Origin: Trypanosoma brucei
Lineage: Eukaryota
Assembly: GCA_000002445.1 (NCBI GenBank)
Contig: CP000071.1
Coordinates: 64,001-128,000 of the forward strand
Reading direction: 5' to 3'
DNA length: 64,000 bases
Part shown: positions 50,001-61,411 of the stretch, piece after piece
Layout of the letters: every line of letters starts with the position of its first letter
Numbering within the stretch: position 1 is the stretch's first letter
Translations under genes and position numbers: made by a program
Notes under the pieces: generated by a model
Seen by the model: the letters and a program-made list of their open reading frames with translations, nothing else
The model's database searches: none
What the model was told of the DNA's origin: nothing

Positions 50001-51233
50001 GAGTGAAGACTAAAGTGAAAGCACAAATAGAAGTAATTTAAAATGGTAATAGTTTAATGGGAGTAAGTGAGTGAGCGTGACAGTGGCGGAGTGAAATATA
50101 GGATAAAGGAGGTGGAATATGCACAATTTTAAAGCACAAACACGATGACGGGCATAATTATGCACAAGGAGGTTAATGAGGTGATAATGATTGAGAAAAT
50201 AACTTTAGTGTACATACCAAGAGTAACTACGTTACACGCAGCAATAGTGAGAGAGGACAATAAGAAAAGAAAGTACAAAACAAAATAACATAATGGGCTG
50301 TAAAAACACAGAAGTAAACGATTCAAGAGGAAATAATGTCCTTTATTTCACACAAATTTATTTATGTCACTAATGAGACGATGTCGGCAACTGTAGTTTT
50401 TAGTGTGATGGACTATCCTTATATTTAACAGTAAATAAAGAACATAAGGAGGAAGCGAGTGGGTAAGTGTCAGATATTATTGATGTCTTTTTCTTATTGG
50501 ATGTAATAATAATCGAAAATTGGAGGGAAACAATATAATATTATTGGAAGAAGAAATTTAATACTAGGACTGCTAGTGCATGACTGTGAACATAAAAAGT
50601 AATAAACCACAGGAAATTTTTAAATCTAACAAGAAAAAACTTTATGTGAAAGAGAAAAAATTAGAAGCAACATTTATTTAATTCCGTTTGGTATATTAGT
50701 ATGACGTAAAGACCTTCCAATAAACGGATCATCAATATAAAAATAATTATTGAGGTGCAGCAATTGTCCCTTAGGACATAAGTCAAAACATAAAAGAATA
50801 CACTTTCGTGACCTAAATTGCCTGGCGTTATTGAATGCGCTACAAACAAACAATACCTTGAAAAAACAAGGAGCAATGGAAAATCATGTACGCGACAAAA
50901 CGCAAAGTTATATTTTTATTCCTAGTCAAAGCGAAAGCTGAACATTAGAAAATAGAAAAGAAAAGTGATAGCCATAAATTTCAAAGTTTTGAGACATAGA
51001 TATACACCAAGATAGATTGTTATTGAAAATGAAAAAATTGTGGTTCAACTGACTGCTTTTTACCTCAAATCGTGACGTTAAATTACAAATTTGTAGCATA
51101 TTATATTCAGCGACAAAAAATAGCGGTTCATAGTGACCAAGTTGAACTGTGTAAAAAAATTGCATTTCTTTCGTATCATCTCAACAAAGCGCAAAATCTA
51201 GCAAAAAAACGTCAGGCTTATTCTCCTCAGCAG

Positions 51234-52694
51234 ATGACAACGCTGCATGCGGCATTATTGGTGACAGCTGTGCTGACAGCGACGCCAATAACCAAAGGAC
51301 TGGCCTTCACAACCATAAGACCGGGCTCAACACTTCATAAGATACGGCAACTCACTTGCACAAAATCGCTGACAATGCAAAGAACACAATTTCGATCAAA
51401 CTGAGCGAATTAAAGGCGGAAACAGCACCGACAAACAAGCTATTTTTACTAGCTGGGTCGCTCCGACAGCTACTCACAATGGCAGCACAGCTGGTAGCGC
51501 AAAAGATGCTGACTGAAGTCCAGACGGCGGCGCAAGAAATAGCGAACCACATCACTGATATCTTACAGGGGATAGCTGCGGTGTCGCGACTGGCTGTAAC
51601 GCAAGAAACAATCGAAAGCCTCAACCACCTCACCGTAGCAGATAAAAATGTAAGAACAGCAAACACACCGATAACAGGAAGTCACCTAAAAATAGATGTA
51701 ACGCTAAGCGACCCGCAGCACTGAACTTGCCTGTCACCACCGAACACCCGGACGGGGCTCAACGAGGGGGAGGAGCCAGCGGGAACGGATCTAACATGGA
51801 ATATCGTAACAACGCATCCAGAAACCCCAGTTGCAGCAGCAGGCGCGCCACTAACGGTATGCGGGGGAAGCAAATGAGGCGGCACGGCAGTAACCTCTTC
51901 CAGCTGCACAAAAAGCGTAGCTACTGAAATAGGCATAAAAGGTGGTCAAGCTCTTCACGACAAAACAGGTAACAATCAACATGATAACGTCCGGAACAAC
52001 GACAGAATACAACGACGCCGACAGTAAGCAGCCAGTACCAAGAAGTAATACAATAAATGAAAACCTTAAGTTGATAAAAAAGCTTTAAAATTCCAACAAG
52101 CAACTGAGAAGAATAACACTAAGCGCCAACTTAGCAGTGCTGGCGCAAAGCCAAAAGTTAAAAGATGTTCTCGCAAAGGAACTAGACGGAGCAGACGCAT
52201 CCTACAGCAAGACATAAACCAAGAGTAAAGTCGGCGCATTCCTAAAAGAATTGATCGGTGAGAAAGTACACAATGTGAAGAACACAATAGAAAAATACCT
52301 CAAGGAACTAGCACCATCAAAAGAGATTGTTTTAAGCAGCGGAAACAAGAAACTTGAAACGATAAATGACCCCAAAGAGCTCGCGGATGCACAAATCTAT
52401 TACACCGTCACTGTTTACATCGCAGAACAAGAAAAAAAGAAGAACAGCCAAGAAAGCCCCTCATTTCCCAAAGAAGACAAAACAGAAGAGTCACCCAAAT
52501 CAACAAGCGAACGCAAAAAGCACATAAAGGAGAAATCATACAAAAAGGAAACTGGTTGCGATTTTGATAAGAAAAAAGACCCGAAATGTTTTTCAAAACC
52601 TGAAACAGACAAGGGAGAAAAATAATTTTCTGACAATATGACGGTTTCTTTTCCACATGTATATGTTGTTTTTATGAACTTCATAGAATTTTAA
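51234..52694 (+). pseudogene. atypical, degenerate VSG-related gene (signal peptide MTTLHAALLVTAVLTATPITKG; Ala/Gln-rich helical N-terminal region; short Lys/Glu-rich Cys-containing C-terminus; frameshifts)
   Basis: ORFs 51072-51404, 51356-51724 and 52251-52625 lie in different frames. The C-terminal part (..KKETGCDFDKKKDPKCFSKPETDKGEK) is VSG-CTD-like but lacks the canonical NKKFAL../SNSFVI.. GPI motifs. A 16-mer-like element (TGATATATTACTACAT) at about 52784 and a following 70-bp repeat support a VSG-cassette context. Confidence 0.55.
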
Positions 52695-52989
52695 GAAATA
52701 TAAAATTATAAGGATTTCTTTTCAAATTTATGAAAATTTATGAAACTTGCCATTTTAAAATAATTTTCTAAAATCGCTAAAATTTGATATATTACTACAT
52801 TTTTTGATGAAAACGTGCATATATCTAAAAATTTTAAGAGGTTGAAAAATAGTAAAAAGCATAAAAAATAAAATGTGTATGATAATGACTTGTGTATGTA
52901 GTAATAACGTAATATTATATGAAAATTAAGTGCTTTTCTATTGTGGTTTATTTTCTTTTTTTGTTAATTTTATTGATACTAGTTGATGT

Positions 52990-53120
52990 TGTTACATAGT
53001 GATAGGAGAGTGTTGTGGGTGTGTATATACGAATATTATAATAAGAGCAGTAATAATAATAATGATGATAATAATGATAGGAGTGTGTTATGAGTGTGTG
53101 TATGCGAATATTAAAAAAGG
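52990..53120. repeat. 70-bp repeat tract (about 2 units)
   Basis: gataggagagtgttgtgggtgtgtatatacgaatattataataagagcagtaataataataatgatgataataatgataggagtgtgttatgagtgtgtgtatgcgaatatta. Confidence 0.85.
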
Positions 53121-54407
53121 ATGTTTATGAATACCATACCGTTATAGAGAATAGTAACACTTAAGGCAAATAAAAAGGAGCAAGGAAATCAAGTGAGTAA
53201 GTGTGAGTGTAGTCGTGTGAAGGAATAAGAAACAGTCCAAGGAATATTATTATTAAGGGAGAAGCAGAACGAGAGAGAAAGATGAAACATTGACACGCTG
53301 TAACACAATGCAAGCTACAGCTATCATTACACACAACCAAAAGGAGGTTCAAATCATGAAACTGCAGTGTCCATCGTACAAGAACAATGGAGTAACATTT
53401 CCTTTTATAAAAAATAAATAATGCGTTATGAGAACGTGCTTACTAACGTTAGAGAGGGAAAAGACCTTAAAAGAATAAGAAAGTCTATATAAATTTTTAG
53501 ATATTTATAATGTCCAAAAAGTCAGCTACAAGACATCTAAGATCCCGTATATGCATCCTGGCGAAAATTTTCCGTGGCTTGCGGGCCTGGTAATTCACAT
53601 TAAAATTAAGAGAAATACACAGTTTATGAAGCGCATAAAGAAGGAGAGGGAGTTGAAAAAGGTGAAAAAAACAAAATTTCCTGTGCCAAAAAGGAAATGG
53701 GCCCAAAGCATTCACGTTTCGAAGTATTTCAAGAGAGCATATTGCGTACGTACAAAAAAAAGGAGTTGTATTATTAGAGACAAAAGGTGTACTAGCAAGC
53801 AATTATTAGACAATTCCATGCGGTAGATGCCTTAATATTTGAATTTTCAGGAGTATATATCTGTGCAATAATTTAAAGAAGTACATGATTTGATTGAGTA
53901 ATAAATATATCCAATATATGTAGAGCAATATGGATTGAGAAGTAAAGGGGGGAAGGCTGCTGAAAATAAAAATTTTGCTAATGGTGCAATCTTCTATTCC
54001 ATGACCTTCTGCAGCAAAATCGTGATTTTAAAAAACATAAGCCTTCTGGACTCCAGGTATTTAAACGCATTCTTGGTGATTTTATGTGCGACTACAAATT
54101 TTTTAAGGCTCCATTCTTGAAAACGAATGCGCAGCTGCTCGAACTTTTTAGGTAGTTTGCTGAATAGCAAGCTACCCACTAACAAACCGGGAATAAGATT
54201 GGATAGAACAACTAGTTAGGTCAGACCTGCCGCCGTTTTGATCATGATATAGTGGTTATTATGTTTTTCCAATTAAGATCAATTCCGCTGCTATCACCAG
54301 AATGACATTTGCGACGGGCCAAAAAATGCAAGCCTTTACTAATTTTTAGATTTTAGCAAACAAATTTATTATCCGCATCGTTCTGCAAAACATAAGACGC
54401 ACAACAC

Positions 54408-55829
54408 ATGCTTTTTACGTTAGCAATCACCATTCTAGCACTGACGAGTCACGGAAGGGCGGCATTAACGCTAGAAAACAGACATGACCTATTACTGCTT
54501 TGCAATGCGGCAAACTTACGAGGCCGGGAAATAGCCAGGCCGAAGCTGCCAGACGACTTTGATAGTGACATAGCTGACATAGAAAAGATGAACATGTCAG
54601 TGGCAGCCAATGAGTGGCAAGATATTTTCTCAGGCGACCCCGAGACCACCTCCTACGCCCAAAAGCACAAACATGCGCAAGCCGAACCCTTTAAGACCCA
54701 CTGGCAGAAAACGTACGACAAATGGTTGCAGATTAAACACGAAACGACCAAAAAAGATGGTGGAAAATCTTGGTTAGACAGCAACCCGCCCCCAACCGGA
54801 TGGGCGGCTGCCGTAGCTCGCCGCTCAATAAATGGAACCCTGGAAAAGCTGCTAGCAGCCAACCAACTGTACAAAGCAGCCAAAGAGGCAGAAACGGCAA
54901 CGCTTCCAGCTCAAGTAGTTAAGCAAATATCAGAGGCCATCTATGGCGAGGGCGTGGAAGACAGCAAATTCATACTGCCCAAAGCGCTAAAAGCGCTCAC
55001 AAACTGGGGAGCAGCTTGCGGCAGCAACGGCGGAAAATCCGTGATCGGCGATATGATCTGTCTGTGTGCTGAAGCCTCATCAGCGAACCCACAGACATGT
55101 GACAACGGCGGGCTAGCGATAGACTGGAGTTCGGACCTAGCAGGGTCGCCGCACACCCTAGTACTCGGCGAATGCCCCAAACAGGAAGGTTCAGCGGTAA
55201 CGCTGACCGAACTAGGCAGCATTATCACGCATATTACAGCCGGCGTACGAACGGCCATCCAAGGTGCAAGGGTCTTCCGACACTTAGGGAAACGAGGCGC
55301 CAGCAACTGCAACGGAGCCGCCAACGAAGTATGCGTCGACTACACTGCAGCTTACAACAAAGACACGGGAACGGGGCTAGCAAGCATAAAATGGGGAGAA
55401 AAACTAATCAGCGCCTACAACACAATGCAGCAAAGCATAGAAAAGGCAAATGAAGCGGCGACACAAGCAGCTATCGCGAGACGGCTGATAGACACAGCTC
55501 GAGCAGCATACTCACAGCCCATACCAGTACCTCTACAGACAAAAAACGCGGCGACGATAACAGACAGAAAGCAAACAGCTACTGTAACAATAACCAACAC
55601 CACATGCGAAAAGAAAGGGAAAGAAGATAACTGCAAAGATGGATGCAAAGAAGTTTCAGAAAACGGTGAAAAGAAGTGCGTAGTAGGTATAGAAATAGAG
55701 AAGGAAGATACAACAAATCAAGATGGCAAAATACCACCAGATAGGTGTACCAAACACAAAGACAAAGCGAGCTGTGAAAAGGAAAATGAGGGTCAGAAAT
55801 CCGGAAAAATCTGTCTGTTGATGGATTAA
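54408..55829 (+). CDS. VSG: VSG (B-type-like), 473-aa ORF with signal peptide and complete N-terminal domain and CTD; the C-terminal GPI-signal region is frameshifted (..KICLLMD* followed by an out-of-frame ..NEKFALITASAFMSWIEF*, ending 55910), so a likely pseudogene
   Basis: ATG at 54408 with MLFTLAITILALTSHGRA. CTD with CEKKGKEDNCKDGCKEVSENGEKKCV and CTKHKDKASCEKENEGQKSGKIC. 16-mer-like element at 55991-56005. Confidence 0.8.
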   Translation: MLFTLAITILALTSHGRAALTLENRHDLLLLCNAANLRGREIARPKLPDDFDSDIADIEKMNMSVAANEWQDIFSGDPETTSYAQKHKHAQAEPFKTHWQKTYDKWLQIKHETTKKDGGKSWLDSNPPPTGWAAAVARRSINGTLEKLLAANQLYKAAKEAETATLPAQVVKQISEAIYGEGVEDSKFILPKALKALTNWGAACGSNGGKSVIGDMICLCAEASSANPQTCDNGGLAIDWSSDLAGSPHTLVLGECPKQEGSAVTLTELGSIITHITAGVRTAIQGARVFRHLGKRGASNCNGAANEVCVDYTAAYNKDTGTGLASIKWGEKLISAYNTMQQSIEKANEAATQAAIARRLIDTARAAYSQPIPVPLQTKNAATITDRKQTATVTITNTTCEKKGKEDNCKDGCKEVSENGEKKCVVGIEIEKEDTTNQDGKIPPDRCTKHKDKASCEKENEGQKSGKICLLMD

Positions 55830-56229
55830 AGGCAAATATTCCAGAATTCTTCTAAATGAAAAATTTGCTTTGATTACTGCTTCTGCTTTTATGAGTTGGA
55901 TAGAATTTTAGTATTCTAAGGATTTTTAAGAACTTTGCTGCACTTATGATAATTTAAAATATTTCGTATTTAGGTGATTTTTTAAGATTTGGCATATTTT
56001 AACACTTTCTGATGAAAATTATGAAAGGTTGAGAAACTCGAAAAACAAAGAATTTAGTGAAGTGTGTATAATAGTGACTGTGGGTGAGAAGTAGTAAGGT
56101 GATAGGGTATGAAAATGGGTGCTCTTTGGAACATTCGCTACTTTGGATCATGTTGTTTATTTTATGAATATTAGGAGTAATTTAAGTCTATAATTATTAT
56201 TATAATTAGTGATAGATAATAACTGTGCA

Positions 56230-59106
56230 CCAAAGCAACACTCAACACTGAGTAAAGTGATATGCAATCACTCCCGTCAACATTACATTGTGTGTGTCCG
56301 AGTATGTCATACAATTACGTTAGTTCGTCCATTCACAAAAATATGTATATAAATACATCTCCAAAGCAGAGAACTGCGAACCACGGTCTTAATCGTTTCA
56401 TTCCTTGAATACGGATACCAAATGAATAGCTCGTGCATCGCGATATTTGCGTATTGATACTCTCTTCCTCGACTCATTTCGTAGACGGCATAAATATGAG
56501 CTTTTGAAAAGCGATGACACACTCTCTCCCGGTGGAACTAAAGTCATGGAGACACTTCCAATTCCAACAACCACATCGAATAGCCAAATCCAGTAGCCAC
56601 TGTATGAGGTTACTTTTACCCTGCAATATGCCTACACATACACAAATATATAAATAAACATATTAATGTATAAACGTATTAATATATAAACATATATTAA
56701 ACAGAGATATTACCGCAGAGACACGTGAAAATCCGAATCTAAGCCTAGAAATTTGTCATATGCTGAGCGAGTCCAAGTGATTAATAGTAAAAAAAAACAA
56801 AAAGACTGCTGACACGCCGCTTCACTACAACAACTCACCACAGCATGCCGAAGACATTCGAAGTTCCAATGTCGATAATGGGAATTCACAACCACAAGCG
56901 TATATTGAATAGAGGAATTTTCATTTTTGTGCCCAATCGCATTTACTTCATCAATAACCGTGAGTTTCTCCTTACTCGCAGAACATGCGTGTATTTTGAC
57001 ACAACAGCCAGTACTTTTCCAAAAAAAAACATGTACGATGGTAGGAACCAAGTGTTCGCATTTATGCACCATCAAAACCTCTTATTCAGTAGAAATAAAA
57101 AGTTTGAAGGAAACGAAAAGAAAGAACCAAATCCCTTTTGAAATGAACATTACTTTTGCGCCTCTCTAACATATAGGTTAAAGCCTCTCTTCTTCTTAAT
57201 CTTTTCCTAACCACACGCACCTCGCATAATAGGGATAAGCGACTGCACCGTGTGTAAAACGATGGAAATTCGCATTGAAGTGCGTAAGTTCGTGAAGGAA
57301 ACAAAAAATAACTGACATGGACACACTCTCCATTACGCCGAGAATGTATCAAAGAAAATATATACACATACGTATGCACAAGCGCGGCATACGGGTATAT
57401 GATATCACGTGATGATGCAGAACTTTCAAAGCATCAACAGCGTACACCACACACTATAGAGAGAGATAGTCATGCCTTTCTGATCTTTTCTTTTTTCACC
57501 CAATCTATTATTCCACATTATTTCTTCCAATAGAACACAATGGTATGGAGTAATAATGTGAGGTGAAGCACATACATATGATATGAGAAGGAGAGGTGTG
57601 ACACTGTAGTGTTTCATCCGAAGGAAGAGTTAACAAATAACATATACAGTAGCCACACTTCCCATATTGTGCACATAATGCCTCATGGTATATTATTAGT
57701 ATGTAAAGGGGAAAACTATGTCGATATATTATGACAAACCTTCACAGCCACAAAATATACGGTTTGCATTATTCTCACATTTCTAGAAAAGCGGCAAACA
57801 CAAAGGAGCTTATTATCATATTCCTATAAATTCCCCATACGTGTGCAAGCTGTCCTCTCAGCATATAATATATTGTGATGTGGAGAGCATAACCCCCACC
57901 AGTGCGACAAATATGGGATCTATGTAAACATCAATAAATAAATATACACTTGCTTCTTGGACATATTGGATGTCATATACATGGGAATCTCACCCAAAAT
58001 AAAGGCGTACAGAATATATTATTATAAAACACAATGGCATGCTATTAATTTTGTTCTCGCATGGAAAAATTGCAGCATAGCATAATATCCGAGTGACCAT
58101 ACACACACATCCAATAAAACGCTCCCCGTCACAACGTGATGCAAAATAGGAGACTACACACATAGTAGAGAATGTGACCCCAACATCTCGACGCAACGTA
58201 ACACAACACACATACACATATACAAGCACACACATATGACTTCTTCAAAAGTCCCTGAGCATGAAATTCCAAGCATCAAGGTTCAGCGCCTCGGGACGTA
58301 AAGTGCCCCTCGAGCCCCACGGTCGTGGAGCGTGCCGCTCATGCCAGCCCATGCATGTACTCTCGTTTGGAGAGGGACAAAATATTATTGTATTGTATAT
58401 AAATATATATACACAGAGAGATAGGTTTGGTTCACAGAGTTGGTGGCACTTACACACACACATAGAAACACAATGCACCAAAAATAATTGAAACATTGCC
58501 TCGTATATATATGTAGTACCACACAGTGTGACGCGCAACAATACAGACAAAAACATACACACACATAGAGTGTATATGCACGCGCATTGTTGATGCAAGC
58601 ATAACATAATACCTCTCACACCTCCGCATCATCACATAAATTTTATAAGTAATGAAATTCTTCCGTTGCTTTTGTTTTTTGTTCAACGCGCTCGAAACAG
58701 ATCTTGTGAAAATGAAGGTACTGGGCGCCGACAAGGGAGGGCAGAGCCCACCAGATAAGAGAAGTGACAGTTCGAGATAATATTCGTTTCGAACATGTTT
58801 TTTTTGTCTTGAGCGAGAACAGACAACTGGAAGAGACGGAGGTAAAGAGCATTTATATATATATATATATATATGCCCGCACATAAAACACTTCTCACAC
58901 AGAAATACAAAGTAATAATATACACACATACACACGCATATGTAGTATTATTATACACTTTTTCATTCTCTTCAACGTCAGTGAGCCATATAGACATACA
59001 CACAAGCCGTGCCCACACATATATATATGAATATATATATATATGGAACACACTTTACATGTACACTATATTTTTCCCTATACTTTCTCTTTTTGCTTTT
59101 TGCTTT
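56230..59106 (-). other. non-VSG block rich in (CA)n/(ACAT)n/(TA)n microsatellites with GC-rich islands (58245-58400, 58690-58800), contiguous with the LSU rRNA fragment at 59107-59290; interpreted as rDNA-derived transcribed/intergenic spacer with possible small-rRNA-like pieces, but this is an inference
   Basis: Composition and repeat structure differ from the rest of the array. The minus strand of 58255-58300 reads ..CCCGAGGCGCTGAACCTTGATGCTTGG.., which resembles the conserved 3'-terminal LSU helix (GGCGCTAAACCATTCGTAG in other eukaryotes). Confidence 0.4.
58854..58874. repeat. (TA)n microsatellite
   Basis: tatatatatatatatatatat read directly. Confidence 0.9.
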
Positions 59107-59290
59107 TACGGGCACCCGGTCTTGGGACTGGTTTCTGGCTTAGAGGCGTTCAGCCGAGAACCACCGTGCGATAGCGTCGGAGCACTTGCCCTTCAACAAA
59201 CTCCAGAAACCAGAGGCACGGCATGGGAGTTCCTCTCGTACTACCCCATACTTCCCTCACGATGCCTGCGAGATCCCTTTACAATCTCAC
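59107..59290 (-). rRNA. large-subunit rRNA fragment (domain VI: sarcin-ricin loop and downstream conserved helix), truncated and probably a pseudogene fragment
   Basis: Minus strand reads ..GGGGTAGTACGAGAGGAACTCCC..(about 75 nt)..GGCTGAACGCCTCTAAGCCAGAAACCAGTCCC... This matches the universally conserved SRL AGUACGAGAGGAAC and the GACUGAACGCCUCUAAGUCAGAA helix of LSU rRNA at the expected spacing. Confidence 0.75.
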
Positions 59291-59319
59291 AAACACATAT
59301 ACACATGTATAACAGCATT

Positions 59320-59395
59320 ATATAATAAATAATAATAATAATAGGAGAGTGTTGTGAGTGTGTGTATACTATTATTATTATAAAAGTGGTGGAAA
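59320..59395. repeat. single 70-bp repeat unit, immediately adjacent to the rRNA fragment
   Basis: aataataataataggagagtgttgtgagtgtgtgtatactattattattataaaagtggtgg. Confidence 0.85.
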
Positions 59396-60344
59396 TGATA
59401 AATCAACCAGAAAGAAAGAAGAAGCACTTAAATCAATTATAATTTTGCTATGGGAGTAAGGGAGTAGGAATAAAGTCGAGTATTACTAAGCGAAACGCAG
59501 CAACAGAAGAAAGGAGGAGATGGAATATGCGCAGTTTTATACACAAACAAACATATTGATATTATGTTACGCAAAGAGTGATGGAAAGACAGAATGTAGT
59601 GTAGATGCAGAATGGAGTAACTACGTTTTAAACAGAAAAATTTAGAGAAGTAAAGAAAACACAGGATGAAACAGCTGAATACGCGAAAGGGAAAAACAAA
59701 TCAAAAAATAATAGCGTATTACGAGGAGCCGGTTACGCACCCTATTTCGCACAGAAATAGATAGCTGCTATTGTAGGGATGACTAAAACCAGAAAATTAG
59801 CATTAGTAGCTGATAAAAACAATTGTGATGAAGATTTTACGATTAATCATACCACCTTGAGTTGTAACCGCACAAAAATAGTAAAATGATTAGTACATTT
59901 TAAACAAAATAGTAAAACTAGCTGCTGCGAATACCATAAAAATAAATAGACAGAAAATATTAAGACTAAAAAAAAGCATTTTCCCTTTAGTATTCAACGT
60001 TAGTTGCTACTGAAGTTAACTTCTAAAAGAATAACTGCAGCTGAATGATCAAATAAAAACTACACATAATGTGCATACAGCCTTCCACACATACATCATA
60101 AAAGTATAAAAGCATTACTTCTACGTGTAGAAAAGTATTCTTTAAATAACACCTTAGTGATATTAGCAACCTTTTCCATAAAATATATAGAATTTTCTTA
60201 TAAACCTAACAAATTTAAAAGGCATACTGTGGTATGAAATTTGGTATCATGAGAACATTACTGTCACTGTTACTACTACATTTAGTGTGTTTAAGACCAA
60301 TATCTATACAAGGTGAAACAGCAGCTATTTAAACGGAAAATTAT

Positions 60345-61289
60345 ACTAAGAAACCAAGAGCGTTTTTTGTTGCAGTTCAACCTCATACAACGAAAGGATG
60401 GTGTAGGCTCATATTGAGTGCCAAACTAAGCAATGTTGAAATTATTACAATTGCAATTAGAGGTTTGTATAGCCATTTTAAAATACCTATATGGGTTATA
60501 GAATTTTTAGAAAGACAGAATTCAAGTTATGAGGATATTGTAATTCATTTGGACGGATCTGATGTTATTGTTTCTGACGGAGGTAAATATGAAACTGCTG
60601 TGGAATATTTTATACAAAATAGTGCAGAAAATGAAGATAAATTTAAAGAAGAGGAAATTCATAAAGATCATGTAGAGAGTTGCTATTGGTTTTTTAATGT
60701 TGGTTACCAAAAAGAGGAGGATAAAAACTTACATCAGTTGCTTAAAATACCTCGTAGTGGCAAACCTTGTCTTAGTGGTGGAAGTTTAATGGCAAGAGTT
60801 TGGGCATTTGAGAAATTTGAATATTCATTTGGAGAATTGCTTAAAGAAAGTGATAAGTAGTGGTCGGGACAGAGTATCTATACGCCATTGCTAATATGAA
60901 GTGCAATTCAAGAGGAAGCTGTTGGGCAGCGATTTGTGTTGAGAAGAGGAATGATTGCATTGGATTATGAGGAGAGATTTTTTACTATTCCTAGTAGTGG
61001 GGTGATTGGACAAGCTCCATTCATTCATTTTCCAGGTCATCCTATTGCGTGGGAGGAGAAAGCGAAGTTAATTGTTAAAAATCTTACTTGGTATAAAGAG
61101 TTGAAAGGAAGACAATTTAATTCGAAGGATATGGGGAAAGTAGAAACTTATGCAGTGTTATCAGAGAAAAATTGGACTTTAAATATTGTAATGTTTGTGG
61201 AAAGTCGTTTGACCAAGGTGGTTTTTTTAAGTCTAAGAAGCTTTAAATCTAACAAAAACACGCATATAATGAGCAGTAGAGTTTTTTAA
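60345..61289 (+). pseudogene. member 3 of the ORF family (possibly ESAG3-related; tentative); best-preserved copy, interrupted by in-frame stops at 60858-60860 and 60897-60899
   Basis: Homology to copy 1 starts upstream of ORF 60414 (KKPRAFFVAVQPHTTKGWCRLILSAKLSNVEIITIAIRGLYSHFKIPIWVIEFLERQNSSYEDIVIHLDGSDVIVSDGGKYETAVEYFIQNSAENEDKFKEEEI..GGSLMARVWAFEKFE..). ORF 60936-61289 (GTG-initiated in the track) is in the same frame and matches 41701-42006. Confidence 0.5.
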
Positions 61290-61411
61290 AAGATCAGAAC
61301 ATTGTTATATGCCTGCATAAACTGGTCGGAGCACTAAAGGTGCAGCAATAACAGGCGCTTAATAATGCAAACCCCAAAGTCCACAGCACACTAGGAAATA
61401 ATAAGAAAAGC

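Noticed and set aside
56230..59106. Considered calling this block minichromosomal 177-bp repeats, telomeric/subtelomeric 29-bp repeats or a SLACS/CZAR element
   Set aside because: No telomere hexamers, no 177-bp periodicity, no spliced-leader sequence. Its contiguity with a definite LSU rRNA fragment makes an rDNA-spacer origin the more economical reading.
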